Shown here in pieces: positions 34,801-42,727 of a stretch of DNA of 50,321 nt; the stretch's first letter is position 1; each line of letters opens with the position of its first letter. Source of the stretch: Lentimicrobiaceae bacterium (GTDB taxonomy: Bacteria; Bacteroidota; Bacteroidia; Bacteroidales; WCHB1-69); the NCBI GenBank assembly GCA_009787485.1, contig WQWP01000002.1:1-50321 (forward strand), read 5' to 3'. Below the pieces are notes generated by a model, which did not search any database, was not told the origin of the DNA, and was given only the letters and a program-made list of their open reading frames with translations. Both the position numbers and the translations under genes were made by a program.

Positions 34801-35669
34801 CCGGCATCTACATTAATAAAATAATAAGCATTATCGGAATAGACATTGTATTTGTGCGTAAATCTGTTCGCACTATATTCCCATGTATGAGGTCCTTGCG
34901 CGTAGAAAACGAAGTAACTGTTTTCGTCAAAAATGCCGTTTCCATTATCCACTACCATAATCGGACACTCGAGGAGGTCGTCTGTCTGCATGTCAGGGTT
35001 TTTGTCGGGAAGCATGCCGCCGCCGTTTCCGAATAGTGCAATAGCGGTGGAACGTAACCCCGACACGGGCACGCCCAACGTTTTGAGGTCATTATAGGTA
35101 ACTTTATGTAATCCTGTACTGTTCACGGCTATTTTATACCATGTTCCTTTTTCGAGCACGGAATTTGTTAAACTTGTTGTTCTATAAGCCATGATCGGGT
35201 GGGCGCCTTCTAAAAGAAGATCGCAGGAAACCAAGCGCTGATACTGCCCGTTTGCGTTTTTTATCACAGGCAGAATATATACCGTGGCGTAGAATTTATT
35301 TCTATCTGTTGAAGTATGAATCCGTATTTGTGGCTCGGCAAAAGTATATTCGGCAGGAATTAATGCGCTTTCTTCCGCTGTAAGCGATTGATATTTTGCA
35401 TTAGATAATGTATGACGATAAGAAGTATATAGTTGATTGACCTCCGTTTGATCCCAAAAAACAGGCAGCGAGGCGTATTCATTGAGCGTAATGTATCCAT
35501 CAAATGTAAGGAGCCGGATTTGTTGGTCATTATACTCAAACTGAAGAATTTCTAACTTCGGAAATTGGTAAGATTTCGTTAGGGATTGCGCCGCTAAATT
35601 GTTTTGGAATAAAAATAATGCCGTAAAGAGCAAAAAATAACGATAAAAATAAGATATTTGCCTGTTCAT
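31842..35669 (-). CDS. porU: T9SS C-terminal signal peptidase/sortase PorU (C25-like)
   Basis: 1275 aa with a signal peptide and its own retained CTD (LNYPNPFTTKTSFYFEHNQ...IFTVSGKLVRTI...WDGRDEYGDKIGKGVYLYRL...). Size and the porV pairing fit PorU. Confidence 0.8.
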   Translation of the reverse strand: MNRQISYFYRYFLLFTALFLFQNNLAAQSLTKSYQFPKLEILQFEYNDQQIRLLTFDGYITLNEYASLPVFWDQTEVNQLYTSYRHTLSNAKYQSLTAEESALIPAEYTFAEPQIRIHTSTDRNKFYATVYILPVIKNANGQYQRLVSCDLLLEGAHPIMAYRTTSLTNSVLEKGTWYKIAVNSTGLHKVTYNDLKTLGVPVSGLRSTAIALFGNGGGMLPDKNPDMQTDDLLECPIMVVDNGNGIFDENSYFVFYAQGPHTWEYSANRFTHKYNVYSDNAYYFINVDAGIGEKKRVESKNFMNETENGVITSFMHYDFYEKDAVNFGESGREWFDDAFYAGQTRTYPFTLPELFNDAARIKIRVASTSTATGNTMEISWGSGSTGLVVNRVANADYAAISIKDEELKPFPSGNISLTLKYNSSQSSAGTHLDYIEIQARCSLKITNGAMPFAITENMGVGRLSLVQLEAAHSQTMIWDVTEHNAVYAVQGNLSGNQLSFKTPTNKQRNFIAFDGTTYKSVATEGKVNNQNLHGLKNVDMVIVSHPDFLSEANRLAKFRTENDGLNVTVVTPEQVYNEFSSGAQDPLAMRHFMRYLYENDAQTIKYLLLFGRPSYDYRGRAAGTRLFVPNYQVATGLFENALRSGDDFFGVLGAGGSSTINVAVGRFPVSNLAQAKTVVDKTINASKRSKIPVQNASQIPNFGDWRNVMTFVADNRDVDGLAHAKHADESAQEVAEKYPAFNLDKIYCNALPAVSYAGGKRFPDATKAINMRMERGTLVIAYFGHGGENGWSHARILEKSDINNWKNKYNQPLMITLTCSFGWYDRPAVSPAELVFLNENGGASSLITTSRVSYSNNNLGKFLFDEIGSPWQEHQENGRYKTVGEVHRLAKNRAGGIDNNLTNMIYLIGDPAMRMNVPGQRVQTDEILGEDLQKLDTLKALTKVTVKGRVTDDTGNTLTGFTGNIYPSIFDKVVKQKTLETTSAGIMEFDLQKNVIFKGNATVTNGQFEFSFIVPKDINYEYGAGKISYYAASENDDAGDSYSNFIIGGISNKPIADDKGPEIGIFLNDEKFVPGGITNPDPVLFLKLKDEYGINTTGNGIGHDLVAILDNNIEKQIILNDYYLADQDSYNSGTVRYPLQNLSPGTHTIKVRAWDICNNPSEASIDFVVKSDQKLELAHVLNYPNPFTTKTSFYFEHNQPLESFDILVHIFTVSGKLVRTIQTTQFLEGNRSYPIEWDGRDEYGDKIGKGVYLYRLTVRNSQGETAEKIEKIAIL

Positions 35670-35758
35670 TATGTACTATAAATATGGAGAGTTACGTTAA
35701 TTCAAGAAATTATTTTACAGCATATAACGTCAATTCGTCTAAAAAATATATATCCTTG

Positions 35759-36817
35759 ATGATTTTGTATAAACGGAAATTTTCTTTATTGCTTATTCTC
35801 TTTTTCTTCACTACCTTACAAACATTTGGGCAAGATCCTCATTTTTCGCAATTTTATGCGAATCCGCTTTATTTGAATCCGGCATTTGCGGGAACGGTGA
35901 ATGGCGCTCGCTTTTCTCTCAATTTTCGGGATCAGTGGCCTACCATTCCCAGCAACTTTGTTACTTTTTCTGCAAGCTACGATCAACATATTAATGCCAT
36001 GCACGGAGGTATCGGCGTTTTGCTCACGGCCGATGTTGAGGGAAAGAAACTTATACAAACTTATGATGCAGGCGCCATCTATAATTTCAGAGCGCAGGTA
36101 ACCAGAGAGTTTAATTTGCAATTTGCCGTGCAAGCCGGCTGTAAGTACACCACTATCAATTGGGATAAGTTGACGTTTGCCGACGGTTCTTCCGGAATAC
36201 CCACACACTATGATAATACCATAAAGCCGCAATTCAATGTAGCTGTGGGCATGGTGGGCTACACGCCTTATCTGTACTTCGGGCTAGCGGTGCACCATTT
36301 AGCGCCCATACAAATAAATTTTAGAGATTCAATAGTAAATTCAACCACATTAGAAATAGAAAAATACCGCTACAATTTGGGGCTGAAATGGACGGCGCAC
36401 TTAGGTGGAAAAATTACCATTAAACAAAAAGTGAAAGATGAAATTCATTTTGGAGACATCTTTTTCTATCCCAACATTGTCTTTATCTCTCAAGGACTTA
36501 AGGACACCACGAGCCGGTTGCCAAACGGAACTTTTCATTACTTGCATGAAGGATTTTATTTCAATTTCTACCCGTTTACCATGGGCGCCTGGATCAGGCA
36601 TAATTTTAAAAACCTTGATGCTTTTATTGTAACTTGCGGCATTGAATATAAAATTTTCAGAATAGGGTATTCCTACGACTTTAATCTCTCTAAGTTAGAA
36701 GGCACGGGGGGCGCTCATGAGGTTTCTTTGCAGTTCTTTATTCCTTATTCGCCAAAAGCTAAATCTGCACGTAAAAAGTACCAGCATATTGCGCCAGTGG
36801 ATTGCCCGAGGTTTTAA
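35759..36817 (+). CDS. PorP/SprF-family T9SS membrane protein
   Basis: It has a signal peptide, then the hallmark QDPHFSQFYANPLYLNPAFAG. It is divergent from porU. I start it at ATG 35759. Confidence 0.8.
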   Translation: MILYKRKFSLLLILFFFTTLQTFGQDPHFSQFYANPLYLNPAFAGTVNGARFSLNFRDQWPTIPSNFVTFSASYDQHINAMHGGIGVLLTADVEGKKLIQTYDAGAIYNFRAQVTREFNLQFAVQAGCKYTTINWDKLTFADGSSGIPTHYDNTIKPQFNVAVGMVGYTPYLYFGLAVHHLAPIQINFRDSIVNSTTLEIEKYRYNLGLKWTAHLGGKITIKQKVKDEIHFGDIFFYPNIVFISQGLKDTTSRLPNGTFHYLHEGFYFNFYPFTMGAWIRHNFKNLDAFIVTCGIEYKIFRIGYSYDFNLSKLEGTGGAHEVSLQFFIPYSPKAKSARKKYQHIAPVDCPRF

Positions 36818-36897
36818 GGTTTATTATCCCATTTTATCGCATTCGCTCCTCAAAACGTACCTGGGGTCGCCCTTTTTTGAATAACGACAAAAAAAAA

Positions 36898-36905
36898 TAT
36901 ATTTG
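36898..36905 (+). promoter_or_regulatory. Candidate -7 box (TATATTTG) upstream of rsmD
   Basis: It matches TAnnTTTG and lies 19 nt upstream of ATG 36924. Confidence 0.35.
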
Positions 36906-36923
36906 CCGGCTCAAAGTATCCCC

Positions 36924-37463
36924 ATGCGCATCATCCAAGGCAAAAACAAAGGCAGACAAATTCAGGCGCCGGCATCACTGCCGGTAAGACCTACTACCGA
37001 TTTGGGAAAAGAGAGCCTGTTCAACATTTTGAACAACTATTTCTTTTTCGACCGGATATCCGTGCTCGATCTGTTTGCAGGCACCGGAAATATTTCATAC
37101 GAGTTTGCCTCGCGGGGCGCCATTTCGGTAACCGCCGTGGATCACTACCAGGGGTGCACCGATTTTATAAGAAAAACCGCCGAGAAACTGAAGTTCGACA
37201 ACCTTTCGGTAATCCGGGGCGATGCTTTCGCTTATGTGGAACGGTCGCGACAAAAGTTCGACATTATTTTCGCCGACCCGCCTTATGAGTTACAAGGGTT
37301 AGAGAAATTAGTAGAACATGTTTTTACCAACCTACTGTTAAACCCCAGCGGCTGGCTCATCTTAGAACACCCTCGCGAGTACGATTTTTCGCAACATCCT
37401 AGTTTTTTTGAGCATCGGAAGTATGGGAAATTGAATTTTTCGTTTTTGGTAAATTTTGAATAA
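36924..37463 (+). CDS. rsmD: 16S rRNA (guanine966-N2)-methyltransferase RsmD
   Basis: MRIIQGKNKGRQIQAP...RPTTDLGKESLFNIL...LDLFAGTGNISYEFASRGA...DPPY. Confidence 0.85.
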   Translation: MRIIQGKNKGRQIQAPASLPVRPTTDLGKESLFNILNNYFFFDRISVLDLFAGTGNISYEFASRGAISVTAVDHYQGCTDFIRKTAEKLKFDNLSVIRGDAFAYVERSRQKFDIIFADPPYELQGLEKLVEHVFTNLLLNPSGWLILEHPREYDFSQHPSFFEHRKYGKLNFSFLVNFE

Positions 37464-37464
37464 C

Positions 37465-37965
37465 ATGAACCTCATCACCCCCTCCTTCGGAATGATCTTT
37501 TGGATGCTCATCGGTTTTGGGATCCTGTTTTTTATTTTGGCAAAATTTGGATGGCCTGTCATTCTCATAATACTCGCCAATCGTGAAAAGTTCATTCAAA
37601 ACCAACTCGAAGAAGCAGAACAAGTGCGACAGGAAATGAAAAACTTAAAATCGGAACACCAACAGTTGCTAACGGAAGCCAAAGCAGAGCGCGACAAAAT
37701 TCTCTCCGACGCCCGAAAAATTATAGAAAAAATGAATGACGACGCAAAACTTCGCCGCGAAAAAGAAACCGATGCCATGATGGCGGAAACCCGCGAAGCC
37801 ATCGCACACGAAAAAATGAAAGCCATTACAGAAATGAAAAACGAAATTGCCGGTTTATCTATCGAAGTGGCAGAGAAGATTTTGGGGGAGGAGATGAAAG
37901 CATCTTATCGTCAAGAGGAAATCATTTATAAATGGATGGAGGAGGCAACGTTTGAAAATTCGTAG
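37465..37965 (+). CDS. atpF: F0F1 ATP synthase subunit b homologue, not next to any other atp gene
   Basis: MNLITPSFGMIFWMLIGFGILFFILAKFGWPVI..., then a long charged helix (...EAKAERDKILSDARKI...IAGLSIEVAEKILGEE). This matches the Bacteroidota AtpF layout. The ATG lies 2 nt after the rsmD stop. Confidence 0.7.
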   Translation: MNLITPSFGMIFWMLIGFGILFFILAKFGWPVILIILANREKFIQNQLEEAEQVRQEMKNLKSEHQQLLTEAKAERDKILSDARKIIEKMNDDAKLRREKETDAMMAETREAIAHEKMKAITEMKNEIAGLSIEVAEKILGEEMKASYRQEEIIYKWMEEATFENS

Positions 37966-38012
37966 AGGCGTTGCCCGTGTCTCCCCCGCTGGCAGGGGCT
38001 AAGGGGTGGGTT
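37962..38012. repeat. Composite repeat between convergent genes (GTAGAG-type element plus a CCCC..GGGG G-rich module)
   Basis: gTAGaggcgttgcccgtgtctc ccccgctggcaggggctaaggggtgggt. The atpF stop codon TAG (37963-37965) lies inside the GTAGAG arm. Confidence 0.55.
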
Positions 38013-38017
38013 TACCA

Positions 38018-39943
38018 TTACATCTTCTCGCTCAATTCTAACCAGCGCATAGTTTTGGTATCAATCTCTTCTGAAAGATTTTGGTAGGCGATTGCCCAAT
38101 TATTAAGATCTTGCGGGGTGCCGGCGCCGGTGTCCATTTTTTGCAGGAAGAGTTCTTTTTCTTGTTCTAATATTGGGATTTCGGTTTCTAAGCGAGTAAG
38201 TTCCTGGGTTTCCTTCCAGGTGAGTTTCTTTTCGGATCTTCCCCCGTCATTGCGAGCTTGCCTTCCCCCGTCATTGCGGGCTTGGCTCGCAATCCCGTTC
38301 CTATCGCCTATCTTTGGGCAACTATGAAGGTCGCCCCTACGGTGTTCTTTTTGTTTTTCTATTCGGTACTCCGTATAATTCCCATAAAAATCCTTTACCT
38401 TCCCATTCCCTTCAAATACGAAAAGGTGATCTACTAATTTATTCATAAACCAACGGTCGTGCGAAACAACTAAGAAGCAGCCTTGGTAGTGGGTGAGGAA
38501 ATCTTCGAGCAGATTTAAGGTATCTATGTCGAAATCGTTGGTGGGTTCATCGAGAATGAGGAAGTTCGGATTTTTCAACAGGGTGATTAACAGGCTTAGT
38601 TTGCGTTTTTCGCCGCCGCTTAAATCTTCGTAGTAGGTGTATTGTTGTTCGTATTTGAATCCGAAATAGTTCAGGAATTGGGAGGCGCCTACATAGTTTC
38701 CGTTTTCTAAGCGAATCACTTCGGCGTGCTCCTTTACAATGTCAATCACGCGCTTGTTGCCTTTTACGGGCAGTCCGTCTTGCGCAAAATATCCAAATTG
38801 GATGGTTTGACCAGGGATAATTCTTCCTGCATTGGGCAAAATTTCTCCAACTAACAGTTTTAATAATGTAGTTTTTCCGGTTCCGTTTTTGCCTACGATG
38901 CCACATTTTTCGCCTTTTTTAAAGATGTAGGAAAAATCATCCAATATCAGTTTATCCGGATACGAGAAATCTATATTGTTAATTTCTAAAATTTTATTTC
39001 CCAGCCGCTCGGTGCGCACATGAAAAGCATCGGCTTGTTTTTCCACCTTGCGTGTGGCGCTCTCTTTCAGCTCTACAAACGCATTGATGCGCGCTTTAGC
39101 TTTGGTGGTGCGCGCCGAAGGAGACGTGTGCACCCACTCCAACTCCTTGCGATACAGTTGTTTAATTTTTTCTAACTCTGCCGTTTCATTGGCAATGCGC
39201 TCCGCTTTTTTCTCCAAATAATAACCATATTTGCCCTTGTACTGATACAGTTTTTGGTTATCTATCTCAATAATATTGTTGCAAACCTGATCTAAAAAAT
39301 ACCGGTCGTGGGTAACCATGAGCAGCGTGGTGTTAGAGGTAGATAAATAGGCTTCCAACCACTCAATCATGTCAATATCCAAGTGGTTGGTAGGCTCATC
39401 CAAAATGAGCAGGTCGCTATCGGCGATGAGTGTTTTGGCAAGTGCGGTTTTTTTGCGTTGCCCGCCAGATAACTCACTAATATTTTTGAAGATATCATCA
39501 ATGCCGAAACGTGACAGGATCTCTTTTACTCTGCTCTCCAAATCCCAGGCGTGCAAGCGTTCCATTTCCGACAAGGCATGCTCGAACCGCGCTACGTTAT
39601 TAGGCGTTTCATTTCGTTTTACCCACAACAGCGCCGTTTCGTATTCTTTAACCGCTTTTATCACGGGCGAACCGGAGTCGAAAATCACATCCATCACCGA
39701 ATAGTTTTCCATAACTGTTTCCAACTGAGGAAGATATGAAACAGTAATATCGTTTCGCGGTGTAACTTTTCCCGAATCGGGCGTATCCACCCCTGCAATG
39801 ATATTGAGCAGTGAAGATTTTCCGGTGCCGTTTTTCGCAATCAGCGCAATTTTTTGCCCTTTCTCAATGCCAAATGTAATGTCCTCGAAAAGTAATTTTT
39901 CGCCGAATGATTTTGTTAATTTTTCGATGGTAAGGTAGTTCAC
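38018..39943 (-). CDS. ABC-F family ATPase (Uup/EttA-like translation factor type)
   Basis: Two ABC cassettes (GKNGTGKSS / LSGGQRKK / LILDEPTNHLD and GKNGTGKTT / LSGGEKRK / LILDEPTNDFD) and a C-terminal coiled coil. It appears to start at GTG (39943). Confidence 0.9.
   Translation of the reverse strand: MNYLTIEKLTKSFGEKLLFEDITFGIEKGQKIALIAKNGTGKSSLLNIIAGVDTPDSGKVTPRNDITVSYLPQLETVMENYSVMDVIFDSGSPVIKAVKEYETALLWVKRNETPNNVARFEHALSEMERLHAWDLESRVKEILSRFGIDDIFKNISELSGGQRKKTALAKTLIADSDLLILDEPTNHLDIDMIEWLEAYLSTSNTTLLMVTHDRYFLDQVCNNIIEIDNQKLYQYKGKYGYYLEKKAERIANETAELEKIKQLYRKELEWVHTSPSARTTKAKARINAFVELKESATRKVEKQADAFHVRTERLGNKILEINNIDFSYPDKLILDDFSYIFKKGEKCGIVGKNGTGKTTLLKLLVGEILPNAGRIIPGQTIQFGYFAQDGLPVKGNKRVIDIVKEHAEVIRLENGNYVGASQFLNYFGFKYEQQYTYYEDLSGGEKRKLSLLITLLKNPNFLILDEPTNDFDIDTLNLLEDFLTHYQGCFLVVSHDRWFMNKLVDHLFVFEGNGKVKDFYGNYTEYRIEKQKEHRRGDLHSCPKIGDRNGIASQARNDGGRQARNDGGRSEKKLTWKETQELTRLETEIPILEQEKELFLQKMDTGAGTPQDLNNWAIAYQNLSEEIDTKTMRWLELSEKM
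38236..38345. repeat. Palindromic repeat insertion inside the ABC-F linker
   Basis: cttcccccgtcattgcgagcttg and cttcccccgtcattgcgggcttg (tandem), then gctcgcaatcccgttcc, then gggcaactatgaaggtcgccc (38318-38340). Translated on the minus strand as RRGDLHSCPKIGDRNGIASQARNDGGRQARNDGGRS. Confidence 0.8.
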
Positions 39944-39944
39944 G

Positions 39945-39965
39945 GGAATTAGGAATTAGGAATTT
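39945..39965. repeat. 7-nt microsatellite (GGAATTA x3) abutting the ABC-F start codon
   Basis: cac|g ggaatta ggaatta ggaattt. The start codon complement is at 39941-39943. Confidence 0.8.
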
Positions 39966-39977
39966 ATAACAATATTC

Positions 39978-40607
39978 TCACTTCCGTCCAAAATCCGCCG
40001 GAATATCCCCCCATTGTTTCGTATTCCATTTAATAATCGGCGTTTGAAACGAATTATTTTGCAACCACAATTCTGCGCGAATTAACAAATTGAAAATCAC
40101 CTCGTTCTCTTCCGTAGGCAACACGATGGATTTATGTTTTTTTTGCCGCACCCACGCAATTGCAGTAATGCTATCGGAATAGATGGGAATGTGGATGTTT
40201 TTTTGTTTTAATAAGGCCAACCCGTGTACTAAAGCCAAAAATTCCCCGATGTTGTTGCTGGCTTTCGGAAACGGTCCTTGTTTAAACCACAGTTCTTTGG
40301 TTCCGGTGTGCACACCCTGGTATTCCATTTGGCCGGTTACCATGTTGCAGGCGGCGTCAACGGAGAGGCTGTTTAAAATGGGGGTAATACCAGTAGAGAT
40401 GTTGCGCGCAACGTCTCTCCAATGGCCATGGGTTTTGTAATAATTTTGATACCCATCCGCGTATGCCTTTTCGGCTTCTGCCTTGGTTTCAAACGATTTA
40501 TATTTCGCCTCTTCAAATCTGTCCACCTGCGCTTTGCAGTCGTTCCAATTATCGAATACGCCGCAGGTGCGGCCTTGCCAAACTACATAGAATTTATTCT
40601 TGGGCAT
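39978..40607 (-). CDS. rnhA: Ribonuclease HI with an N-terminal hybrid-binding (viroplasmin-like) domain
   Basis: The N-terminus KFYVVWQGRTCGVFDNWNDCKAQVDRFEEAKYKSFETKAEAEKAY is followed by an RNase H core (SVDAAC...GEFLALVHGL...IYSDS). Confidence 0.8.
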   Translation of the reverse strand: MPKNKFYVVWQGRTCGVFDNWNDCKAQVDRFEEAKYKSFETKAEAEKAYADGYQNYYKTHGHWRDVARNISTGITPILNSLSVDAACNMVTGQMEYQGVHTGTKELWFKQGPFPKASNNIGEFLALVHGLALLKQKNIHIPIYSDSITAIAWVRQKKHKSIVLPTEENEVIFNLLIRAELWLQNNSFQTPIIKWNTKQWGDIPADFGRK

Positions 40608-40646
40608 TACTATCTTTGTGAGTTATACATTTTAAATTACCCTGTT

Positions 40647-41552
40647 TCAGCATTTATGTTTTTCTAAAATCTTGCTAATTTCCTCAACCGATAAGCCTGT
40701 AATCGTTGCTATCATTTCCAAAGATAAACCTGCTTGATGGCTATTAATAACTATAATTTCCTGTTTTTCGGCTCTTCCTTCGGCTCTTCCTTCGGCTAAA
40801 CCTTTTTCTGTTCCTTCTCTTTTTGCAGTGGCTAAACAATTATCCCAATCGCTGTAGGTATAGAAAGTAGTAAGATATTTCATGTATTCTTCAGGCGTTA
40901 ATTTTGCTACTTCTGCGGCAGCAAACATTTTTTCAAAAATAGAGTTTCGCAATTTATCGGGGACATCATCTAACCGCTTGAGATTTTTTATGACGTACAT
41001 CCATTTATCAAAATGGGTCTTTAATTCATCCACTTCTTTAGTAAACTTGGGCATTTCTAAATAAGTAAAAGTCAGTTTATCATAAAAAACTTTGTGAGTT
41101 TCAATATCGCTCAGCATGATGTCATACCGGTATTTGTGCGGTTTTTTTTTGTCTTCTTCGAACACAAAATTCAGAATAGCAACAATATATATCGACTTCA
41201 GTTTAAAATCCCACTTGCCTGCCGGAGCTTGCTCAATAATAGGAAAAGTAGAGTAAAACAGCGTTCGGTCTTTAAAGAAATCTTGTTTAGCTTTTTGAAG
41301 TTCTACGATGAACTTTTCACCTTTTTCATTTTCGCAGAAGAGGTCAAGCACTGCTTTTCGCGTGTCTTCAACAATTCCTAACTTTTCAGTGTTAAGATAG
41401 GAGATAGAAACAATGCGTCCTTCTTTTTTGTGAAAGAGTTCGTTCAGAAAATCAAGCAACAAATCTTTATTACATTCTTGCCCGAATAATTTCTTAAAAC
41501 CAAAGTCGGTAAATGGATCAATATACTTGTCTTCAATTTTTCTGTAAAACAT
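40647..41552 (-). CDS. Rpn/YhgA-like PD-(D/E)xK recombination-promoting nuclease / putative transposase family protein
   Basis: MFYRKIEDKYIDPFTDFGFKKLFGQECNKDLLLDFLNELF... is the typical N-terminus of this family. The C-terminus has an in-frame 12-nt tandem (AEGRAEGRAE, 40769-40797). An alternative start is at 41603. Confidence 0.65.
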   Translation of the reverse strand: MFYRKIEDKYIDPFTDFGFKKLFGQECNKDLLLDFLNELFHKKEGRIVSISYLNTEKLGIVEDTRKAVLDLFCENEKGEKFIVELQKAKQDFFKDRTLFYSTFPIIEQAPAGKWDFKLKSIYIVAILNFVFEEDKKKPHKYRYDIMLSDIETHKVFYDKLTFTYLEMPKFTKEVDELKTHFDKWMYVIKNLKRLDDVPDKLRNSIFEKMFAAAEVAKLTPEEYMKYLTTFYTYSDWDNCLATAKREGTEKGLAEGRAEGRAEKQEIIVINSHQAGLSLEMIATITGLSVEEISKILEKHKC

Positions 41553-41736
41553 TTTTTTATTTCGTTTTGTGTGAACAGGTTTTTGGTTTCTTTTAGGTTT
41601 CATATAGAGTTAATTTAGTTAATGTTAGCACGTTCAGTGTTGAAATTTTATTCGTTACCTAAAGCGATAAAATCAGGTTGCAAATATACATGACATTTGC
41701 GCGTTTTCTTACAATGTTAATAACTTTTTTTAAAAT

Positions 41737-42645
41737 TCAAACAATCTCCAGTTCATTCACCTCAATCAAATACTCCGGCTGATAAGAAAGTTTCGCTTTC
41801 CTCAGCCCCTCCACGCCGGCATCTTCCGCTCGGTTAATGTAAGTGTATTTTTTCGATATTTCATTGGCAAACAGCTTGTTTACCATGGTGTAGGCGCCCT
41901 TGTAGGTTCTGTCTGCTTTTTCAAAAAGAATTAAAAAAGTTTCCTTATTTAAAGGAAATCCAATGGAAAACGCTACTATTTTATCTTCCACTTGTAATAA
42001 AATACCTTGCAAATTCAATTCAAAAAAATAGGTAAAAGCTTCTTCTAAAGCGATGATTTCTTCTGTTAATGAGATGGACCTTGAAGAGTTTTTTTGCGCA
42101 TCCCATAAAGCATTGAAATGTTTTACTTTTTCTATGTTTTCTTGGGTGATCTGCGCAAAACTCCAAAGGTTGTGCTGGGTAAAAGCATTGATCTGGTTTC
42201 TTTTAGGCTTGAAAAGATGTCCTTCTAAAGCTGCTAATTTTTTTGCAGCATATATATACTCAAAATCAGCTCGCACCGGAATGGTTTTAAATTGGGTGCC
42301 TGTTCTTTGGCAAAATTCTTCTGCCCATAGTAGCAATATCGGCGCTATATAGTTGCAGAACTGATAGAATCGTACAGGTTGTCCTGCATTAAGGGTTTCG
42401 GTTGCTATTATGTCTAAGAGTTCCGGGAGATTGCCTTCGCCCATGGGAAACATGAAGTAGTCTTCGTGGTTGTGGGTGGCTTTTATGAGTAGAAAATTAT
42501 TGAATATGGAATATTGAATATGGAATATGTTTCTGTAGAGGAAGAGTACTGCGAAACTGTAATTCATTAATTGGCAGTTGAATTTGTGGGTGAAAGAGGA
42601 TATTAACGGTTGGCCTTTAATATCAAGCGGTTGAAAGTGAAACAT
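41737..42645 (-). CDS. DUF2156-like (LysX/MprF C-terminal, GNAT-like) protein
   Basis: About 300 aa. The overall pattern (FQPLDIKGQPLISSF...NYSFAVLFLYR...) resembles DUF2156 proteins. I start it at ATG 42645; the track start is TTG 42669. Confidence 0.45.
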   Translation of the reverse strand: MFHFQPLDIKGQPLISSFTHKFNCQLMNYSFAVLFLYRNIFHIQYSIFNNFLLIKATHNHEDYFMFPMGEGNLPELLDIIATETLNAGQPVRFYQFCNYIAPILLLWAEEFCQRTGTQFKTIPVRADFEYIYAAKKLAALEGHLFKPKRNQINAFTQHNLWSFAQITQENIEKVKHFNALWDAQKNSSRSISLTEEIIALEEAFTYFFELNLQGILLQVEDKIVAFSIGFPLNKETFLILFEKADRTYKGAYTMVNKLFANEISKKYTYINRAEDAGVEGLRKAKLSYQPEYLIEVNELEIV

Positions 42646-42707
42646 GGCATTTGTTAAAAAAGTTGGCAAAAGTAATATTTATAGAAATGAGCGTTACAAT
42701 TAAAAAT

Positions 42708-42715
42708 TATTTTTG
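42708..42715 (+). promoter_or_regulatory. Candidate -7 box (TATTTTTG)
   Basis: It matches TAnnTTTG and ends 12 nt upstream of ATG 42728. Confidence 0.3.
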
Positions 42716-42727
42716 CAATAAAAAATT

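Noticed and set aside
35684-35758. 25-codon extension of the PorP/SprF-like ORF
   Set aside because: It precedes the signal peptide. ATG 35759 gives a normal signal sequence directly before QDPHFSQ.
37966-38017. Possible small RNA or terminator in the G-rich spacer after atpF
   Set aside because: Only short CCCC/GGGG pairings are present, with no T tract. It is better explained as a composite of the dispersed repeat modules seen elsewhere.
41553-41603. Longer start of the Rpn-like gene (MKPKRNQKPVHTKRNKK)
   Set aside because: It is a basic, low-complexity extension. Family members typically begin near the ...KYIDPFTDFGFKKLF motif. I keep it as an alternative start only.
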